In this document: piece after piece, positions 59,141 to 64,000 of the stretch
Layout: every line of letters starts with the position of its first letter
Numbering within the stretch: the stretch's first letter is position 1
From: Candidatus Parcubacteria bacterium
GTDB lineage: Bacteria > Patescibacteriota > Minisyncoccia > Phycocordibacterales > Zambryskibacteraceae
NCBI GenBank assembly: GCA_019661785.1
Contig: JAIFWP010000003.1
Location: 31,009 to 95,008, forward strand
Direction of reading: 5' to 3'
DNA length: 64,000 nucleotides
Translations under genes and position numbers: made by a program
Notes under the pieces: generated by a model
What the model was told of the DNA's origin: nothing
The model's input: only the letters and a program-made list of their open reading frames with translations
The model's database searches: none

Positions 59141-59269
59141 GCCGTCTTACGAGACCCCGCTTTCCAAAAACCGATTTGACTCTGTTGTCAACGGTTTCTT
59201 TTTTATTTGCGTTTGTGTACTATGTTTGCACCTCAAATTTAGAGGCGACATTCTCACTAAATCATACTT

Positions 59270-60448
59270 ATGCCACAAGTCAAACCTGATATAGAATCCT
59301 TCGCCCGCATCAAGGTCATCGGTGTCGGAGGCTCCGGCGGCAATACGGTAAACCACATGATCAACTCCAAGGTCCGCGGAGTCGACTTCATTGCTGTGAA
59401 CACGGATGCTCAGGATCTCCATAAATCCCTAGCTAAAAGAAAGGTTCATGTAGGCAAGAACCTCACACGAGGCCTCGGTGCTGGCATGAATCCAGAGCTC
59501 GGCAAGCGCGCTGTTGAAGAGACCAAGGAAGAAATACAGGAAGCTATCAAGGGTGCGGACATGGTCTTCGTCGCTTGCGGCATGGGTGGAGGCACCGGCT
59601 CCGGAGCTGCTCCCGTCATCGCCCGCACCGCGAAAGAAAATGGCATTCTCACAGTGGCTGTTGTGACAAAACCATTCTTCTTCGAGGGTGTCCAGCGCAT
59701 GAAAATCGCCGAGCAGGCCATCGAGGAATTGAAGGGCGCCGTCGATGCCATCATCATCATCCCTAACGACCGCCTGATGGCGACTATCAATAAGGATACG
59801 AGCGCCAAGAACGCCTTTGCCATCTGCGACAACATCTTGAAGGAGGCTGTCGAGGGCATCTCGGACCTCATCACTATGCCGGGCATCATCAACATCGACT
59901 TCGCTGACATCAGAGCCGTCATGGAGAATGCGGGTGCCGCACTCATGGGCATCGGTACCGGCCAAGGCGACAAGCGTGCCGAGGAAGCCGCCCGCGCTGC
60001 CATCTCCTCCCCTCTCCTTGAGATATCAATTAACGGCGCTAAGGGTGTACTCTTCTCCATCGCCGGCGGAGACGACCTCACCATGTTCGAGATACAGGAT
60101 GCTGCCAAGGTCATCACTGAGTCGGTGGATCCTAATGCCAAGATTATCTTCGGCACAGTCCACGACGAGAAGCTCAAAAAGGGCGAGGTCAAGGTCACGG
60201 TCATAGCAGCCTCCTTCCCTGAGAACGCTCAGCGCAAGGTCACAACCCTCTTCGGCAAGGATGCAGCGAATGAAGCTGAGAAGTCGAAGATGTTCAGCTC
60301 CTTCAGCACCTCTAAAAACGAGAAAGGCGAGAAGTCAGAAGAACTCCCCCTACCACCAAAGAAGGAAGTTGTGGTAGCTAAGATAGATAATGAAGAAGAC
60401 GACTGGGGCGCAGTTCCCTCTTTCCTACGCCGTTCAAAGTTGAAGTAA
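59270..60448 (+). CDS. ftsZ: Cell division protein FtsZ
   Basis: GVGGSGGN, GMGGGTGSG, NIDFAD, VPSFLR tail. Confidence 0.98.
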   Translation: MPQVKPDIESFARIKVIGVGGSGGNTVNHMINSKVRGVDFIAVNTDAQDLHKSLAKRKVHVGKNLTRGLGAGMNPELGKRAVEETKEEIQEAIKGADMVFVACGMGGGTGSGAAPVIARTAKENGILTVAVVTKPFFFEGVQRMKIAEQAIEELKGAVDAIIIIPNDRLMATINKDTSAKNAFAICDNILKEAVEGISDLITMPGIINIDFADIRAVMENAGAALMGIGTGQGDKRAEEAARAAISSPLLEISINGAKGVLFSIAGGDDLTMFEIQDAAKVITESVDPNAKIIFGTVHDEKLKKGEVKVTVIAASFPENAQRKVTTLFGKDAANEAEKSKMFSSFSTSKNEKGEKSEELPLPPKKEVVVAKIDNEEDDWGAVPSFLRRSKLK

Positions 60449-60471
60449 GCTGCCAGCTTCTTTCTACTACG

Positions 60472-60508
60472 GCACAAAAAAGCTCCATTCTTTGGAGCTT
60501 TTTTGTGC
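60472..60508. terminator. Terminator after ftsZ
   Basis: GCACAAAAAAGCTCCA...TGGAGCTTTTTTGTGC. Confidence 0.8.
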
Positions 60509-60563
60509 TTTGACAAATGCTCACAGAGGAGTAGGGTTGAGTCAGACCCCACAGGAGCAAAGC

Positions 60564-60992
60564 ATGATAATCGACCGTGCGATACGGTACTTCCTCGCTG
60601 GACCGTTCCTCATCTGCGCACTCGGCATACTCTTGCCGAGAGAGGCTATGGGCACCGTGATCTACGCGGCTATCATCCTCTCGTGCTCCATGTTTGTCGT
60701 CTGCGGCTTCGGACTCGTGAGCCTGGGCTCGGAGAAGAAGAAACTCCTGAGCCTGCGCGCGACGGCAAGCATCCTTGGCACGACCTTGTCCATGGGCATC
60801 ATGCTCATGATTGGGCTCGGCACTGCCTGGGCGGGAGCGGCTCGCGTGCTGGACTCAAGGATGGAGCAGACGTTCTACATCTCTCCGTTCGTCTCCTGGC
60901 CCATGCTCTGGGCAGGCACGCTGCTCTACGGCATAACCCTGTTCAAGCTGTACCTGGACAAGCCCCCGCGGCTGACGATTGAGCACCGCTAA
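60564..60992 (+). CDS. Hypothetical four-TM membrane protein
   Basis: TTGACA at 60510, AGGAG SD, hairpin 60997-61028. Confidence 0.65.
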   Translation: MIIDRAIRYFLAGPFLICALGILLPREAMGTVIYAAIILSCSMFVVCGFGLVSLGSEKKKLLSLRATASILGTTLSMGIMLMIGLGTAWAGAARVLDSRMEQTFYISPFVSWPMLWAGTLLYGITLFKLYLDKPPRLTIEHR

Positions 60993-61067
60993 GACGGCGC
61001 TCCGACACATTACATAGTGTCGGAGCGCTTTTCGTTTTCCAAATAGCCTGTGGTATCCTTATGTCCT

Positions 61068-61988
61068 ATGTATGAACTCATTATCGTTGGAGGAGGCCCA
61101 GCCGGAGTAGCTGCCGGAGTTTACGCCGCTAGGAAGCGCCTTCGCACCCTGCTCATCACAGAGAGCTTCGGCGGACAGTCCATAGACTCTATGGGTATAG
61201 AGAACTGGATAGGCACAGTGAACATCTCCGGCCCAGACTTAGCCAAGTCGCTAGAGACTCATATAAGGACTTATGCCGAGAGCACAGTGGATATCAAGAC
61301 CGGCATAAGGGCATCAAAGATAGAGAAGACTGAAGGAGGCTTCAAGGTAGAGGTCGGCGGCGAGACCCTTGAGACTAAGACCATCCTCATAGCCACAGGC
61401 TCCTCAAGGAGGAAGCTCGAGGTGCCTGGCGGCAAGGAGTATGAGAACAAGGGTATAACCTACTGTGCTTCATGCGATGGACCGCTCTTCTCCGGGGCTG
61501 ATGTGGCTGTGGTCGGCGGGGGCAATGCTGGCTTCGAGACGGCGGCGCAGCTCTTGGCCTATGCCAAGTCAGTCACTCTATTGAACCGCTCGGACAAATA
61601 CAAAGCCGACGAGATGACCGTGGAGAAGGTCCTCGCCCACCCCAACATGCGCGCGATACCAAACGCCATTCCTAAAGAAGTCCGCGGGGATAAGTTCGTG
61701 AACTCTCTTATATATACTGATGCCGTAACTAATGAAAAGCACTCACTCCCTGTGACAGGCATCTTCGTGGAGATTGGACTCATGCCAGCTACTGAGGTGG
61801 TGAAGGGTATCGTTGAGTTGAATGAGCGCAACCAAATTGTGATAGACCCGCGCACTCAGAGCACTCGCACAAATGGCATATGGGCCGCCGGGGATGTCAC
61901 TGACACTCTGTATCATCAGAACAACATCGCCGCCGGAGACGCCGTGCGTGCTCTCGAAGATATATATCTGCACTTGCGAGCTAGGTAG
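61068..61988 (+). CDS. trxB: Thioredoxin reductase
   Basis: GGGPAG, CASC redox motif, GGGNAG, AAGDVT. Confidence 0.92.
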   Translation: MYELIIVGGGPAGVAAGVYAARKRLRTLLITESFGGQSIDSMGIENWIGTVNISGPDLAKSLETHIRTYAESTVDIKTGIRASKIEKTEGGFKVEVGGETLETKTILIATGSSRRKLEVPGGKEYENKGITYCASCDGPLFSGADVAVVGGGNAGFETAAQLLAYAKSVTLLNRSDKYKADEMTVEKVLAHPNMRAIPNAIPKEVRGDKFVNSLIYTDAVTNEKHSLPVTGIFVEIGLMPATEVVKGIVELNERNQIVIDPRTQSTRTNGIWAAGDVTDTLYHQNNIAAGDAVRALEDIYLHLRAR

Positions 61989-62060
61989 CTTATAGAAAAT
62001 GCAATAAAAAAAGAAAGGGCGGGCATCTCACGATGCCCGCCCGTTGCCGCGTTAGCGGCC

Positions 62061-62762
62061 CTACTTGCCAGTGCCGCTGCTGCTGCTGCTCTTTACCCTG
62101 ATGTTGATGCAATACGGCTGCCGCCAGTCCCTGTTGACGAACATGCCTTCAGCCATGCAGGCTGCTCCAGCCAGGGCTCCCCACTTGGCCAAGCCCTTCC
62201 AGTGAATACCGCCGCGGTCCGTGAGAGTCTTCGTCACGTACACCGTGTCGTAGTGGGTCTGCCATACGATAGTGGTATCGTGGACGAAAACCGGGAACGG
62301 CACGCTGTCGATGCGCGCTATCTGTCTCTCCGTTTTCACGACAGGCACGTTCTGTGACGGCTGAGCAACTCGAGTAACGGCCGACTTGGTGCCCACCGGT
62401 CGAGGTGTTGGCCTTGGCGTCGAGACTACAGGCAACTTTGCCGGCCCTTGCGTGAGATTCTGCTGAGCAAGCTGGAGCGCAACGATCTTCTTTTTGAGCG
62501 AGTCAGCCATGGTCTTGCAGGCCACCGCGCAGGCCGAGCCATTCTCATATGCCGTGACCTTCTGTCGAAGCGAGTCTGCAACCCTCTGGAGTGCTCGCTC
62601 CTGCTTGCACTGAGCCCCGAAGACGGCGCAGTAAGCAGAAGTATGTTTCTCCTCTTCGGCCTGCTGTGCCTTCTTGCTTGTGTCCTGAGCCCAGGTGTTG
62701 CTCGCTCCGATCACCGAAGCGAGGCACATGACGGCCGCCCAAACGTGAGTTCGGAGTCGCAT
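62061..62762 (-). CDS. Secreted/membrane hypothetical protein with coiled coil and Pro-rich linker
   Basis: Signal peptide ending TWAQ; GAGG SD; TTTACA-17-TAAGGT promoter; hairpin 62017-62042. Confidence 0.65.
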   Translation of the reverse strand: MRLRTHVWAAVMCLASVIGASNTWAQDTSKKAQQAEEEKHTSAYCAVFGAQCKQERALQRVADSLRQKVTAYENGSACAVACKTMADSLKKKIVALQLAQQNLTQGPAKLPVVSTPRPTPRPVGTKSAVTRVAQPSQNVPVVKTERQIARIDSVPFPVFVHDTTIVWQTHYDTVYVTKTLTDRGGIHWKGLAKWGALAGAACMAEGMFVNRDWRQPYCINIRVKSSSSSGTGK

Positions 62763-62900
62763 TTCGATACCTCTGGTTGAGTTCCTATACTAGTGAGAAG
62801 ACCTTTCCGGGGCTCACCTTATCACGCCAAATGGCATGTGTAAATAGCCCTAGATTCCTTGTATATAAACGTATCGATGAGGTGCGACTTACCTACAAAT

Positions 62901-63012
62901 TGGCGGAAGAGGTGAGATTTGGTCACAGGTCTCGGCTTGCTAGCCAAGCCTGCGACCCCGCCTCGCGCCGCCGCGCTCCGGCTTTCAAATCGTCCTCGCA
63001 AACGGGTTTTGC
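62901..63012 (-). repeat. tRNA 3'-associated two-hairpin element, copy D (tRNA-Ser)
   Basis: Inverted tRNA-end copy 62986-62997, core 62921-62985, direct 21-nt tRNA-end copy with CCA 62901-62921. Confidence 0.85.
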
Positions 63013-63014
63013 TG

Positions 63015-63101
63015 CGGAAGAGGTGAGATTTGAACTCACGGTAAGGTTGCCCCTACGCTGGTTTTCGAAACCAGTGCCTTAAACCACTCAGCCACTCTTC
63101 C
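63015..63101 (-). tRNA. tRNA-Ser(CGA)
   Basis: CTGGT-TT CGA AA-ACCAG; long variable arm; G73. Confidence 0.95.
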
Positions 63102-63155
63102 AAGGCCATAACTCTAGCATTTTCGGCGAAAAATGTTAATATTTGCCCTGCTTAA

Positions 63156-63227
63156 GGCCCTATCGTCTATCGGTTAGGACACGAGCTTTTCAAGCTTGGA
63201 AGCCGGGTTCGACTCCCGGTAGGGTCA
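63156..63227 (+). tRNA. tRNA-Glu(TTC)
   Basis: CGAGC-TT TTC AA-GCTTG; GGTTCGACTCC. Confidence 0.93.
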
Positions 63228-63236
63228 TCGCAACAT

Positions 63237-63848
63237 ATGAAGAAGCTTACGATTGCAGTTGATATTGATGATGTCATTGCGGCAAGTGCGCCGGCCTTTA
63301 TTGCATATAGTAATGAGAAATTTGGTACGCATTTAACGGTTGATGATTATCACGAACGATGGGGTGATGTTTGGAAAGTTGAACAGGAAGAACTCATTAA
63401 GCGGGCACACGAATATCATGAATCTGGAGACCATGCGAAATACGGAGTCATAGATGGAGCCAAAGATTCTCTTAAAGAACTCAGGAGGAATTTTAGACTA
63501 ATAGTATTGACTACTAGGCGCAATTCTATCAATCAATTGACAAGGGATTGGATAAATAAATTTTATCCAGATATTTTTGACGACTTTGTCTTTACTGGAT
63601 TTTATGATGACCCAACCGTTGGCGGCGCGCACATGACTAAGGCCGAATTGGCCCGAGGAGTAGGCGCACAGTACTTAATTGATGACCAGCTCAAGCACAT
63701 TTTAGCTTCTGCTGAGATTGGCATAAAAGGGTTGCTGTTTGGAGATTATTTTTGGAATAAAGCTGACCATCTTCCGACTAATGTGGAAAGAGTGAGAAAT
63801 TGGACCGAGGTTCTTGAGTATTTTGGAAGAGAAATTAACCCACTTTAA
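63237..63848 (+). CDS. HAD-superfamily 5'(3')-deoxyribonucleotidase (NT5C-like)
   Basis: IAVDIDDVI, LTTR, K, LIDD motifs, WN near C-terminus. Confidence 0.8.
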   Translation: MKKLTIAVDIDDVIAASAPAFIAYSNEKFGTHLTVDDYHERWGDVWKVEQEELIKRAHEYHESGDHAKYGVIDGAKDSLKELRRNFRLIVLTTRRNSINQLTRDWINKFYPDIFDDFVFTGFYDDPTVGGAHMTKAELARGVGAQYLIDDQLKHILASAEIGIKGLLFGDYFWNKADHLPTNVERVRNWTEVLEYFGREINPL

Positions 63849-63880
63849 TCTCGGTCAATTTTGTTGTAAAGTAGTCAAAC

Positions 63881-63953
63881 GCGCGGTTAGCTCAGTTGGT
63901 AGAGCATCCCCTTGACGTGGGGAGGGTCAGAGGTTCGAATCCTCTATCGCGCA
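63881..63953 (+). tRNA. tRNA-Val(GAC)
   Basis: TCCCC-TT GAC GT-GGGGA; GGTTCGAATCC. Confidence 0.93.
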
Positions 63954-64000
63954 CAGATGAGACATGTTCTAGCAAGATGGGAATGGTTTCTAGTATTAAT

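Noticed and set aside
62777-63082. 101-aa ORF with repeated AEEVRF
   Set aside because: The repeat is just the duplicated tRNA-Ser end read antisense.
1-64000. CRISPR array, IS transposase, DGR/retron RT, alternative genetic code
   Set aside because: No regularly spaced repeats and no transposase or RT motifs seen. TGA terminates conserved genes (e.g. mreB, frr, dprA) and tRNA-Trp has a CCA anticodon.

Overview
This is a 64 kb chromosomal segment from a genome-reduced bacterium that most resembles Patescibacteria/CPR (Parcubacteria-like). That assignment is inferred from the short IF2 and ProRS, the tandem VirB2-like pilins, the class F sortase and several degenerate housekeeping paralogues. 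The code is standard code 11. The backbone is core genes (mreBC, proS, frr, holB, dnaX, dus, ftsQ, serS, dprA, topA, parB, miaA, rpmG, clpB, infB, rbfA, folD, gyrA, rpsA, pth, lepB, rpsU, ybeY, ftsA, ftsZ, trxB) plus 12 tRNAs. No integrase, transposase, CRISPR array or prophage is visible. Four things are not explained by the gene list. (1) A ~65-nt covarying two-hairpin element with a bulged A occurs 4 times; three copies sit at tRNA 3' ends in a 'tRNA end - inverted copy - core - direct copy' arrangement. (2) A ~530-nt, highly base-paired unit with no long ORF has its own promoter and terminator upstream of rpsA and is a candidate large ncRNA. (3) Expression signals come in two tiers: many core genes look leaderless (TAnnnT-N6-ATG), while about 15 interspersed single-gene cassettes mostly have sigma70-type promoters, Shine-Dalgarno sites, ATC-rich codons and long palindromic terminators. 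(4) There is an animal-PAICS-type PurC-PurE fusion. All product calls come from motif recognition by eye; no database searches were run.
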